Assembly (NCBI GenBank): GCA_963820525.1
Contig: CAWGAA010000003.1
Span: 224,001 to 288,000 of the forward strand
Source: an uncultured Spirochaetota bacterium
Lineage (GTDB): Bacteria; Spirochaetota; Spirochaetia; SZUA-6; Fen-1364
DNA: 64,000 bases
Reading direction: 5' to 3'
Positions within the stretch are counted from its first letter, which is position 1; the number at the start of each line of letters is the position of its first letter. This document shows, one piece after another, positions 46,244-55,624 of this stretch. The position numbers and the translations under genes were made by a program. Under the pieces are notes generated by a model that saw only the letters and a program-made list of their open reading frames with translations, had not been told where the DNA came from and searched no databases.

Positions 46244-48399
46244 TTATTTCACCCTGCCCTTCTGAACCTTGGAGGTCGAAAGCTGCCTGTCCCCTACGCG
46301 CAGGGGAGTGGCGCCGACAACCACCTTGAAATCCTCCACCACGATGGGAATCGAGGCAAAGGTATCGATATCGATCTCCTGGAACGCGGCTCCCTGCGCG
46401 GTCTCGTCTCCGGAGAGCGCCACCGTGTCCCCCGGTTTTGCGTGGTCGGCGAAGAGAACCTCCACCGTCTTGCCTTCCTGGGCGGCGAGGAGCATCCCCT
46501 TGCTCTCCACCCCTCGAAGCATCGCGGGCTTGAGGTTTGTGACGATGACCACGTTTCTTCCCGCAAGCTCTTCTTCCGTATAATGCGGAACGAGCCCGGA
46601 GACGATCTCGCGCTGCTCGCCTCCGAGGTCCACGGTCTCGATATAGAGCTTCTCGGCCTCGGGGTGCCTCTTGATCTGGAGGATGCGCGCCACCTTCAGC
46701 TCGATCGTGCGGCTGAATTGCGCCGCAAGGTCCGCCTCCCTGGCTTCGGCGCGCTCCTTCTGGGTGCCGGAGAAACGGGCGCGAAGCTCCTCGATCTCCT
46801 TGTCTTCGAGCCTTTTGAACAGGATCTCGGGCCTGCCGATGGCTCCGATCCCGGCAAGCGCTCCCAGGTCATTCCACTCCAGCCTGTCGATGCCCATCAT
46901 GGCCGCGATACGCTCCGAGGTTGCGGGAATATAGGGGCCGGCCAGGATGGCGAGGTCCCGCACGAGATACGTCAGGTTCCAGATCAGGCTCGCCGTGGCG
47001 TCAGGGCTATCCTTGACGCCCCTCCAGGGCTCTCCGTCCTGGAACTTCTTGTTGCCGATGGAGGAGAGGGCGAAAATTTTCTGAAGGCCTCCCGAAGCTC
47101 GACCTTCTCCAGGAGCCCGGCGATCTCTCTTTCTGCAGCGTGCACTTCCCGCCAGAACGTCTGGTCCGCCGAGCCTTCGGGGAGCTTTTCGCCGTAGAAG
47201 CGCGAGACGAAGGAGAGGGTGCGGTTGACGAGGTTTCCCAGGTTGCCGATGAGCTCGGCGTTCACCTTTTCCTGGAAATCTTTCCACGTGAAGTCGAAGT
47301 CCGATTTCTCGGGCCTGTTGTAGTAGATGTAGAACCGCCACACGTCCGCCGGGATGCCGGTGTCCTTGGCATCGGAGCCAAAGACCCCGACGCCGCGGCT
47401 CTTGGAGAACTTCCCCCCCTCGTAATTCATGTACTCGGTGGAAGACATGTGGAAGAGCTTTGTCCACTTCTCTCCCGTGCCGATGAGGCTGGAGGGAAAG
47501 ATCACGGTATGGAAGGGGATGTTGTCCTTGCCGATGAACTGGTAGAGCTTCACCCGCTCGGGCTCGCGCCACCAGCTCTCCCATTCCCTGATATGCTCGG
47601 CGGTGATGGAGATGTAGCCGATGGGGGCGTCGAACCAGACGTAGAAGACCTTCTTCCGATAGCCGTCCAGCGGAACGGGGATGCCCCACGTGAGGTCGCG
47701 CGTAATGCACCGCTCCTTCAGGCCGTCGCGCATCCATGCGTAGGTCATCTGCACGGCGTTTCTCGCCCAGAAACCCTTCTCCGCCGCCCCCTCGATCCAG
47801 TTTCGAAGCTTGGGCAGGATCGCCATGAGGTCGATGAAGAGGTGCCTGGTCTCGCGCATCACGGGCTTTGTTCCGCACACGCTGCAGCGCGCGTCCACGA
47901 GCTCCGAGGGGTCCAGGAGCTTTCCGCAGTTCTCGCACTGGTCCCCCCGGGCGTCCTTGTAGCCGCAGTGAGGGCATGTGCCCAGAACGTAGCGGTCCGC
48001 GAGGAAGCGCCTGTCTTTCTCGCAGTAGGGCTGGCTCATGGTCCGCTGCCGGATGTAGCCGTTCTCGTTGAGCTTGCGGAAGATGCCTTGCGTGATCTCG
48101 GTATGCACCGGCACCGAGGTGCGGCCGAAGCGGTCGAAGGTGATCGTGAACCAGCTGTAGATGTCTCTGTGGATCGCGTGGTAGCGGTCGCACAGCTCGC
48201 GCGGAGTGATCCCCTCCTCCAGCGCCCGTGTTTCCGTAGCCGTGCCATACTCGTCCGTGCCGCAGACGTACAGCGTCTGGTACCCGGCCAGGCGGCAGTA
48301 GCGGGCGAACACGTCGGCGGAGAGGACCTGGATGAGGTTCCCCAGGTGCGGGATATTGTTCACGTAGGGCAGCGCCGAGGTGATGAGCCGTCGTTCCAT
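46244..48399 (-). CDS. metG: Methionine--tRNA ligase with C-terminal tRNA-binding domain, frameshifted near 47075
   Basis: SALPYVNNIPHLGN, YVWFDAPIGY, KFSKS; second frame carries the anticodon-binding and OB-fold (HPEAEKLY, MLRGVESKGMLLAA) domains. Confidence 0.93.
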
Positions 48400-48574
48400 A
48401 TGTTCGTAAAATCTAACCGCGCCTAGGAGGGGTGTCAAGCCGAGTGCAGCCGAAGGCTGCACTCACGGGGCCCCACGGCGGCAGCGGCGCACGCAAGGGT
48501 GCCGCGGGAGCCGTGGCGGGCTTTCCTTGACTGCCTCGGTCCTCTCCCCTACTATGGAAGGGAAAGGAGTCCCC

Positions 48575-49588
48575 ATGAGTGACGCAAGGCAGAGCAGCTG
48601 GCTGCGAGGGGTCACGCCCCGCACGGTGCTGATCGTGATCGGCGTGGTCATCCTCCTCATCGTCGTGTTCTCCAGCTTCTTCGTCGTGGACCAGAGGGAG
48701 GAGGCGGCCGTGCTGTATTTCGGAAAGTTCTCGCGCATCGTCGGGCCGGGGCTGCACTTCAAGATGCCCTTCGGCGTCGAACGCAACTACAACGTTCCCA
48801 CCCAGCGGATATTAAAGGAAGAGTTCGGGTTCCGCACCGAGAGACCCGGTATCGTCTCCGTTTATTCCTCTCAGGATTTCCCCGAGGAGTCCATCATGCT
48901 CACGGGAGACCTGAACATCATAGACGTGGAATGGATCATCCAGTACCAGGTGACCGACGTTCGGGCATGGCTTTTCAACGTGGACGACCAGCACAAGACG
49001 ATCCGCGACATCTCGCAATCCGTGGTCAACCAGCTCGTCGGAGACCGCACAATCTTCGACGTCATAGGGTCCGAGCGGGCCAACATCGAAACGCAGGGCC
49101 AGGACATGATGAACGACCTTTTCAAGGAGTACGGGCTGGGAATCCGCGTGATAACCGTGAAGCTCCAGAACATCGTGCCGCCCAAGGGGGCCGTCCAGGA
49201 CGCCTTCGAGGACGTGAACAAGGCAATCCAGGACAGGAGCAGGCTGATCAACGAGGGCAAGGAAGCCTACAACCAGTCGATACCCAGGGCCCGCGGACAG
49301 GCCGAACAGGTGATCCAGGAGGCCGAAGGCTACGCCACCGAGCGGGTGAACAGGGCGAAGGGAGACGTTGCGCGCTTCTCCGCCGTGCTGGGCGAATACC
49401 GCAAGGCGCCGGACCTGGTGCGAACACGGCTGTATTACGAGATGTACGACGACGTGTTCTCGAGCGCCCCCGCGGGGACCGACCTCATCGACAAAAACCT
49501 GAAGAACTTCATTCCGCTTAAAAGCATGAGCGGGACGCCTCCTGCGCCGCCCGCCCCGGCCGCTTCGACTCAAGGAGGCACCCAATGA
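48575..49588 (+). CDS. hflK: FtsH protease modulator HflK
   Basis: GPGLHFKMPFG, MLTGDLNI, VQDAFEDV, IPRARG. Confidence 0.93.
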   Translation: MSDARQSSWLRGVTPRTVLIVIGVVILLIVVFSSFFVVDQREEAAVLYFGKFSRIVGPGLHFKMPFGVERNYNVPTQRILKEEFGFRTERPGIVSVYSSQDFPEESIMLTGDLNIIDVEWIIQYQVTDVRAWLFNVDDQHKTIRDISQSVVNQLVGDRTIFDVIGSERANIETQGQDMMNDLFKEYGLGIRVITVKLQNIVPPKGAVQDAFEDVNKAIQDRSRLINEGKEAYNQSIPRARGQAEQVIQEAEGYATERVNRAKGDVARFSAVLGEYRKAPDLVRTRLYYEMYDDVFSSAPAGTDLIDKNLKNFIPLKSMSGTPPAPPAPAASTQGGTQ

Positions 49589-50574
49589 AAAAGACGATAA
49601 CCGTCATTCTCGTCGTCGCGGCGGTCCTCCTGATCCTTTCTCTCCTCGGGCCCTACTACACGGTGACCGAGGGGGAGCAAGCCGTGGTTGTACAGTTCGG
49701 AAGGATCGTACGCGTGGAGACGTCGGCGGGCCTGAAGATCAAGGTCCCCTTCGTTGAGAGCGTGGTCAAGTACTCGAAGAAAGTCCAGTCGTGGGACGGA
49801 GAGGCGCAACGCCTGCAGACGGCGGAAAACCAGTTCGTCTGGGTGGACACCACCGCGCGCTGGAAGATCGTGGACCCCAAGAAGTTCTACGAATCGGTGG
49901 GCAGCGTGCCCCAGGCGCACGCGCGGCTCGATGACGTGATCGATTCCGAAGTCAAGAAGATCATCGCCCGCAACTACTTCCGGGAAGCGGTGAGGAACTC
50001 CAACGTCATCAGCCAGATCAAGAGAGCCAACATGCTGATGAGCGTTGCGGGCACCGCCGAGAGCCCGGAGAGCCTGAGCAACATCTCGACGCTTGCTGAA
50101 ACAGCCTATGAGCCGATTACGAAAGGGCGGCGCGCTCTCTCCGAGGAGATGCTGGGCGAGTCGCGCACCATCATGCCCCAATACGGCATGGAGCTCATCG
50201 ACATCCTCATACGCCAGATCAAGTACTCCGACGACCTCACCCAGAGCGTCTTCGACCGGATGATCAAGGAGAGAAACCAGATCGCGCAGGCGTTCCGATC
50301 CGATGGGGAGGGAGAAAAGGCGAAATGGTTGGGACAGATGACAAGAGAGCTCCTTCTCATCCAGTCCGACGCGGACAGGAAGGCAAAGGAGATCAAGGGA
50401 AAGGCGGATGCCGAAGCCCTGGACATCCGCAACAAGGCCTACAGCCAGGACACGGACTTTGCAGACTACTGGATGGCGCTGGAGGAATACAAGGCGCTTC
50501 TCCCCAAGTTCAACAAGACTCTCACCACGGATTCCGACTTCTACAAGTATCTCTACAACAAACGGGGACGGTGA
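49585..50574 (+). CDS. hflC: FtsH protease modulator HflC
   Basis: GEQAVVVQFG, GLKIKVPF, VFDRMIKER..AFRSDG; ATGA overlap with hflK. Confidence 0.93.
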   Translation: MKKTITVILVVAAVLLILSLLGPYYTVTEGEQAVVVQFGRIVRVETSAGLKIKVPFVESVVKYSKKVQSWDGEAQRLQTAENQFVWVDTTARWKIVDPKKFYESVGSVPQAHARLDDVIDSEVKKIIARNYFREAVRNSNVISQIKRANMLMSVAGTAESPESLSNISTLAETAYEPITKGRRALSEEMLGESRTIMPQYGMELIDILIRQIKYSDDLTQSVFDRMIKERNQIAQAFRSDGEGEKAKWLGQMTRELLLIQSDADRKAKEIKGKADAEALDIRNKAYSQDTDFADYWMALEEYKALLPKFNKTLTTDSDFYKYLYNKRGR

Positions 50575-50600
50575 GGGCAGCGATTCGCCTGAAATGATGG

Positions 50601-50629
50601 GGCCCGCCGGAAGGCGGGCCTTTTTGTTT
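50601..50629 (+). terminator. Rho-independent terminator after hflC
   Basis: GGCCCGCC-GGAA-GGCGGGCC-TTTTTGTTT. Confidence 0.85.
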
Positions 50630-50694
50630 GGAGGCAAAGCGGCGGGGCGGGAGGGGCATGAAGGCTAATTTTCCCAACTGCCTTCTGCTTTTCC

Positions 50695-50732
50695 TTGACA
50701 ATGCATGCAATCTATGCCTATATTGCATGCAT
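50695..50732 (+). promoter_or_regulatory. Toxin-antitoxin promoter with palindromic operator
   Basis: TTGACA(50695)-18 nt-TATATT(50719). Inverted repeat ATGCATGCAAT(50701-50711)/ATTGCATGCAT(50722-50732) overlapping the ATG. Confidence 0.7.
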
Positions 50733-50991
50733 GAAAAGAAGGCAAACCGAGCAGTATACGATCCGCGGTGTCCCCGAGGCGGTGGGAGCAAGCTTGAGAG
50801 ATCGAGCTCGCAGAGAAGGGAAGAGTCTCAACAAGATTGCGATCGAAGCGCTTATGCGGGGGCTGGGCCTCTCTTCGGATATGATCCAATCCACCGACCT
50901 GGACGATCTAGCCGGGACATGGATCGAAGATCCCGCTTTCGACGAGGCAATCCGCGAAATGGATCGGGTTGACGAGGAGACCTGGAAGTGA
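50731..50991 (+). CDS. Antitoxin (ribbon-helix-helix type, VapB-like)
   Basis: QYTIRGVP..LRDRARREGKSLN, DLDDLAGTW; GTGA overlap with the PIN gene. Confidence 0.8.
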   Translation: MKRRQTEQYTIRGVPEAVGASLRDRARREGKSLNKIAIEALMRGLGLSSDMIQSTDLDDLAGTWIEDPAFDEAIREMDRVDEETWK

Positions 50992-51371
50992 GGCTCTTGA
51001 TAGACACAAACAGATATCGGGATTTTTGCGCGGGCATTGCCGAGATTGTCGAATTGTTCAGGGTTGCGGAGTCAATCTTCATCTCATTTGTGACAATTGC
51101 GGAGCTACGAGCGGGTTTTCTCCTCGGCTCTGCGGGCAAAAGGAACGAGAGGGTCCTCGGTCTTTTTCTCAACCGCCCTCGCGTCAGGACCCTCTGGCCT
51201 GATGAAGGCACCACCTATCACTACGCGCGTCTGTTCGTGCAATTGCGCGCGCAAGGCACACCGATTCCCACGAACGACATGTGGATAGCTGCTCTTTCGC
51301 TCCAGCACAATCTTGCCCTATGCTCGCGAGACGCTCATTTCGACTCGCTTCCCCAACTGCCAAGGATTTAA
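50988..51371 (+). CDS. vapC: VapC PIN-domain toxin
   Basis: LLIDTN, TIAEL, IPTNDMWIAA, SRDAHF. Confidence 0.92.
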   Translation: MRLLIDTNRYRDFCAGIAEIVELFRVAESIFISFVTIAELRAGFLLGSAGKRNERVLGLFLNRPRVRTLWPDEGTTYHYARLFVQLRAQGTPIPTNDMWIAALSLQHNLALCSRDAHFDSLPQLPRI

Positions 51372-51481
51372 TTCCATGCCATGCTGCCGGCATCATGGCG
51401 CTGAGCCATGACAGCGGGGCATGGAGGGCTGTTCCTGCATGCGCAGAAAATGTATCCTCATGGAGGGAAGAGGCGACTCAC

Positions 51482-52180
51482 ATGCAAAAACCGAAGATTC
51501 CGCAGAACGTGTCCCCATTCGCACATGCGTGTCTCGAAGCGCTCGCGGCGAAAGAGCTGGGAAGCTATGTATCGCTGGGCGGCGCTTTCGGGCTGGCTCA
51601 TTATATCGAGTATCGGACCACCCACGATATAGACGCCTGGTGGAATGAGCCTGTTCCAGGGAAAACCCGCGAAGAACTGATCAAGGCGATTTCGGACGCG
51701 CTGGGGCGCTTCGGCCGGGTGCGTCTGAGATCCTGGGGTGACGTGACAAGCGTGGAGCTGGAGAGAGAGGGAAAAACCGTCTTCAGCTTCCAGATCGCGG
51801 ACAGAAGCGCTCGAATAGATGAACCCACGATCAGCCCTTGGCCCGGCCACATCAAAATCGACACGCTGGATGAGCTTATTGCGAGCAAGATGAACGCGTT
51901 GGTGGAGCGCGGGGCGCCACGGGATTTTCGCGATATTTTTACAATCTGCCGGAGCCGAATCTCCAGCCCGGAAAACTGCTGGAAGCTGTGGGAAAAGCGC
52001 CGGCATCTGTCTCACGAAAATGCCGAAAAAACTCGGGCTTTCATTGCAATCAGATCTCACCTCTCCCGGCTGGAGGCTGCCCGCCCCCTTGAGGGCATCT
52101 CAGATCCCCATGAGCGGGATGAGGCTTCCCGGCTGCGCTCATGGTTTGAAAAGGAATTCCTTAATGAGCTTCCGAATTGA
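51482..52180 (+). CDS. AbiEii/AbiGii-like nucleotidyltransferase
   Basis: LGGAFGL..YRTTHDID, ASKMNALVERGAPRDFRDI. Confidence 0.8.
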   Translation: MQKPKIPQNVSPFAHACLEALAAKELGSYVSLGGAFGLAHYIEYRTTHDIDAWWNEPVPGKTREELIKAISDALGRFGRVRLRSWGDVTSVELEREGKTVFSFQIADRSARIDEPTISPWPGHIKIDTLDELIASKMNALVERGAPRDFRDIFTICRSRISSPENCWKLWEKRRHLSHENAEKTRAFIAIRSHLSRLEAARPLEGISDPHERDEASRLRSWFEKEFLNELPN

Positions 52181-52469
52181 CGGTTCCCTCTACCCCGACG
52201 AGAAACCTCCGGACAACCTGGACACGCTTCCGGCCAGAATCGACTTCATTTCCCGATTGTGCGCCGCGTGGGATTTCGGGATTCTCCCCGACCTTCAAAC
52301 CATTCAGGAGCTGCGCAAGCAAAAGTGGCGCGAGGCGGTGGATGGGTGCATGTTTTTGACCTCGCCGACATACCACCTTCTTCGCCGGTGGCACGGCTTA
52401 TCGCGCAAGCCGTTCCTCGGAACAATCCCCGCCTACATTCTCGAAGACCCGAATCTCAAACACGTCTGA
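52164..52469 (+). CDS. Hypothetical 101-aa protein coupled to the nucleotidyltransferase
   Basis: AAGGA RBS, ATG at 52164 overlapping the upstream gene end. Confidence 0.6.
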   Translation: MSFRIDGSLYPDEKPPDNLDTLPARIDFISRLCAAWDFGILPDLQTIQELRKQKWREAVDGCMFLTSPTYHLLRRWHGLSRKPFLGTIPAYILEDPNLKHV

Positions 52470-52624
52470 GGGGGGAGTATCCTCATGGATGCAAAAGAGA
52501 TTCTGGAGCTCAACGGAAACTTCAGATCCTCGCCGCTTATCGAGGCTGCTCATCGCTTCCACTTTGTCATTGTCGAGCGAAGCATGAAGACTACATGAAA
52601 GCGGGATTTGAGAAAACTACGCGG

Positions 52625-52837
52625 TCATTTCTGAAACCAGAGTGCGGGACTCCCGGAGACTACAAAGCGGGCAACTACAGTAGTTGAAGGCTCGCGTTTG
52701 AGGATCGCCTCAACGCAAGCAGCCACATCCAAAAGGTGCAATACTAGAGGATGGTAGGAAGTGCTTTCATGCGAACCTGTCTTGGCCCACAGGAAAGCTA
52801 GCGGCCCTGAAAACGTCTTGGCAGTGGAGTTGCCCAT
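52625..52837 (-). pseudogene. cas3: N-terminal stub of a Cas3 HD nuclease domain
   Basis: LWAKT..YHPLVLHLLDVAAC matches the start of type I-E-like Cas3 proteins; truncated after about 50 codons. Confidence 0.7.
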
Positions 52838-52942
52838 TCTTGAATTGCCTGCTTCGTCCTTACCTTCCTCCTTTGCTCTTCTTACCATTTGCTTCCACTC
52901 GTCTGAATTTTACTTGCCCTCTGTTGCAGCTACCGCAACCCC

Positions 52943-53932
52943 TCAGCCAATTCCGTAGAGCTCTTTCATCCGCCGGACTTCCTCGCAGAAGCGTTCCCTC
53001 AGCTCCTTCGGCTCCAGAATTTCCACGTCCGCTCCCCAGCCCCGGATCCAGGGATACATTTCCAGCGGTTCTGCGACAGCCGCGTCGAACAGGAGAGAGC
53101 CGTCAGGGCAATCTTCCAAAGTTTGACTTTCGTGCCAGACCGTCTCACGGACCCGCTCCGCGACGGCGGCGGAGAACCTCAGAACAATGGAAACGGGTTT
53201 GCTCCCGGCGCGCCCCCAAATCCCCCACACGGCGCAAGTGTACGCATCCACATCGAAATCGGCGGGCGGCGGGAAGCTCTCTTCCGTAGGCCGGACCGAA
53301 CGGATTCGTTCCAGCTTGAAAGTCCGCATCTCATTCAGGTCCGGGCACATTCCAATGGCATGGATTGAGTTTCCGTCAGGGTACGGTTCCAGGCAGTAGG
53401 GCTGGAACCGATACTCATCGGTCCGTCCTCTTCGCAGGGACAAATGGCGCAAGAGCACGGTTTTGTGTTCAGCGGATGCGGCTATGAGAGCCTCCATGAC
53501 TTCGCGGTATCGCCTTGTGAAAGCCGGGAAGCGATGGGAATCCAGTGAATCGGCGGTTTCCTGGAGCCTCCGCGAAAGGGTTGGAGAAGCGCGTTCGGCT
53601 GCCAGGGCCAGCTTGCGGAGTGAGGCGGCCGCATGGGGAAAAGGAAGGCGGATCTTGCGAAAGAAGAGCCTGAAGGCAAGCCTCACGCTCTCTATTTCGT
53701 GAGCCGTCAGCCGGACTGGCGCCAGGTATCTGGACCGGTCTATCCAGACTTTCCCGTCGTCCTCTTCCACCAGGGGAACAAGGTCCGTGAGTGCCGTGAC
53801 ATAGCGCCCGGCCGTGAATCGGTCCACTCCGAGCCGCGGCGCAATCTCGGCTTTGCGAAGCCCATCCGGATGTGAGAGAAGAAGCGCCTCCAGCTGAAGG
53901 AGCCTTTCAGCCTTGCTCAATGCTTTGCTCAT
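52943..53932 (-). CDS. HTH-WYL-WCX transcriptional regulator
   Basis: N-terminal HTH (KAERLL), RTFKLERI, VRETVWHESQ, WIRGWGADVEILEP. Confidence 0.9.
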   Translation of the reverse strand: MSKALSKAERLLQLEALLLSHPDGLRKAEIAPRLGVDRFTAGRYVTALTDLVPLVEEDDGKVWIDRSRYLAPVRLTAHEIESVRLAFRLFFRKIRLPFPHAAASLRKLALAAERASPTLSRRLQETADSLDSHRFPAFTRRYREVMEALIAASAEHKTVLLRHLSLRRGRTDEYRFQPYCLEPYPDGNSIHAIGMCPDLNEMRTFKLERIRSVRPTEESFPPPADFDVDAYTCAVWGIWGRAGSKPVSIVLRFSAAVAERVRETVWHESQTLEDCPDGSLLFDAAVAEPLEMYPWIRGWGADVEILEPKELRERFCEEVRRMKELYGIG

Positions 53933-54061
53933 TTTTTGCTTGACCGCTGAATATCCCTTTTACCACATGCCCATAAGAGCCCGCTTTAGGCTCTCAATGA
54001 TACATAAAACCTACAGGATGTCTTGACAAAGCTCTGGATGAACCGCACTCTCATCGAGAGA

Positions 54062-55375
54062 ATGAGCGCATACTCCCTCATCGCATTCAGCACATTCTTT
54101 ACCGCTTTCTTCCTCGGCATCTACATGCTCCTGATAGACGCTCGCAAGAGGACCCACCATTTGTTCTTTCTCGGCTCCCTCGTGGTGGCGCTCTGGAACC
54201 TGCTTGCGGCATTCTTCTTTTCCGCGCAATCGAAAGAGTCATTCCTGCTGCTCTTCCGCCTGGCGTCTACCCTGGGAATACTTTTCTACTCGATGATGCC
54301 GCACCTCACCGTGGTCTCGATCAAGAAACCGCGGAGCGGCTGGATCGTGTTCCTCTCTTATGCCCTGTCCGCGGTGGCGCATTACAGGAACTGGACCTCC
54401 TACTACCTTTTCCAGGATTTCACGAAAGTCGACGGCGTATGGGCGGCCCTGCCGGCTCTCAACTCCTTCTGGCAGTTCTACTGGCTGGTCTATTCCCGGG
54501 GCGCGATAGCCCTTTGCGTCATCCTTGTCTATCGCTGGATGAAAACGCGGACCTCTCCCCTGGAGAGAAAACACGGGGTCATCATTTCCCTTTCTTTTTC
54601 AGTCTTCCTCGCGCTCTCCTTTCTCGAGATCCCTGCCCTGGCTCCGTTCGCCGCCATCCCGCCGATCGGCTCCATGTTCGTCGTCATCGTGGTATTCGGT
54701 GTCTGGTTCGCCGTTTTCAAGTACAGGTTCCTCTCCATAACCGACACGATGGTGAGCAAGAGCATCCTGGAAAATATGGATGTTTTCATCATCCTCCTGG
54801 ACCCGACGCTCCGCGTGATGATGATCAACCGCAAGGCCGAAGCAATGCTGGGCAAGAATCCGAACAAGGTTGTCGGAAAGGATGTCACCCTGACCCTCTG
54901 CCTGACCCCGACGCTGCGCGACGGAATTCAGCGCGTCCTGGGAGAGCAGGTCCCCTCCTTCTCCTGCAACTACACGATAGATTGCGAGGGGCAGGACTCC
55001 GGGGAATCACCGATGATGGAGCTGAAGCTCTCCCTCGCGAGGGACCGCATGGGGGAGAAGCTGGGGATCCTGATCATCGGCCAGGAGGTGCTCGGCCTGA
55101 CGCATTTCTGCGCGCGTTTCCACATCACGCTCCGGGAATGGGAAGCTGTGCACTTCATCTGCTCCGGCGCCACAAACAAGGAGATCGCGGAGCGCCTCTA
55201 CATCACGGAGAGAACCGTCAAGGCGCATGTCACCCACATCTACGACAAGCTGGGAGTGAACAACAAGATGGGTCTGCTGAAGGTTTTGCGGGAATTCAAC
55301 CTCATGCCCGAAGCCGGCCTCGCCCTCGAGCCCAAGAGGGACAGAATCCGCCGCTCGAGGCCATTATCAGTCTGA
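54062..55375 (+). CDS. Membrane-bound one-component regulator: multi-TM sensor, PAS, LuxR HTH
   Basis: About 7 hydrophobic segments, PAS-like region, ITLREWEAV..GATNKEIAERLYITERTVKAHV..IYDKL. Start uncertain (54023-54062). Confidence 0.85.
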   Translation: MSAYSLIAFSTFFTAFFLGIYMLLIDARKRTHHLFFLGSLVVALWNLLAAFFFSAQSKESFLLLFRLASTLGILFYSMMPHLTVVSIKKPRSGWIVFLSYALSAVAHYRNWTSYYLFQDFTKVDGVWAALPALNSFWQFYWLVYSRGAIALCVILVYRWMKTRTSPLERKHGVIISLSFSVFLALSFLEIPALAPFAAIPPIGSMFVVIVVFGVWFAVFKYRFLSITDTMVSKSILENMDVFIILLDPTLRVMMINRKAEAMLGKNPNKVVGKDVTLTLCLTPTLRDGIQRVLGEQVPSFSCNYTIDCEGQDSGESPMMELKLSLARDRMGEKLGILIIGQEVLGLTHFCARFHITLREWEAVHFICSGATNKEIAERLYITERTVKAHVTHIYDKLGVNNKMGLLKVLREFNLMPEAGLALEPKRDRIRRSRPLSV

Positions 55376-55624
55376 TTTTGCCCTTCCTTTCCATATTCAT
55401 AGCGGCCCTCTAGTACTTTTGTACAATAGAAAAAACGCCCAATTGTACTTTCGTACGATGAATCCATCGGCTCAAAGCGATACAGTTGCACTCGATAGTG
55501 AGCTTGCCAAAAAGTAAGCGGGGAATGACAATAAGAATGTAAGGGATCGAAAAAGTGCCGGAAGTGGGAGCGCTGCTGCTCCTGGGCAGCGCCCCTGCTT
55601 CTCCGGACCTGATGCATGCCTCAG

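Noticed and set aside
47060..47090. Programmed ribosomal frameshift in metG
   Set aside because: No clear stimulatory element, and several unrelated genes show similar indels, so error is more parsimonious.
51440..52700. Residual CRISPR repeats near the cas3 stub
   Set aside because: No regularly spaced repeats were found, only one 13-bp word repeated about 1 kb apart.
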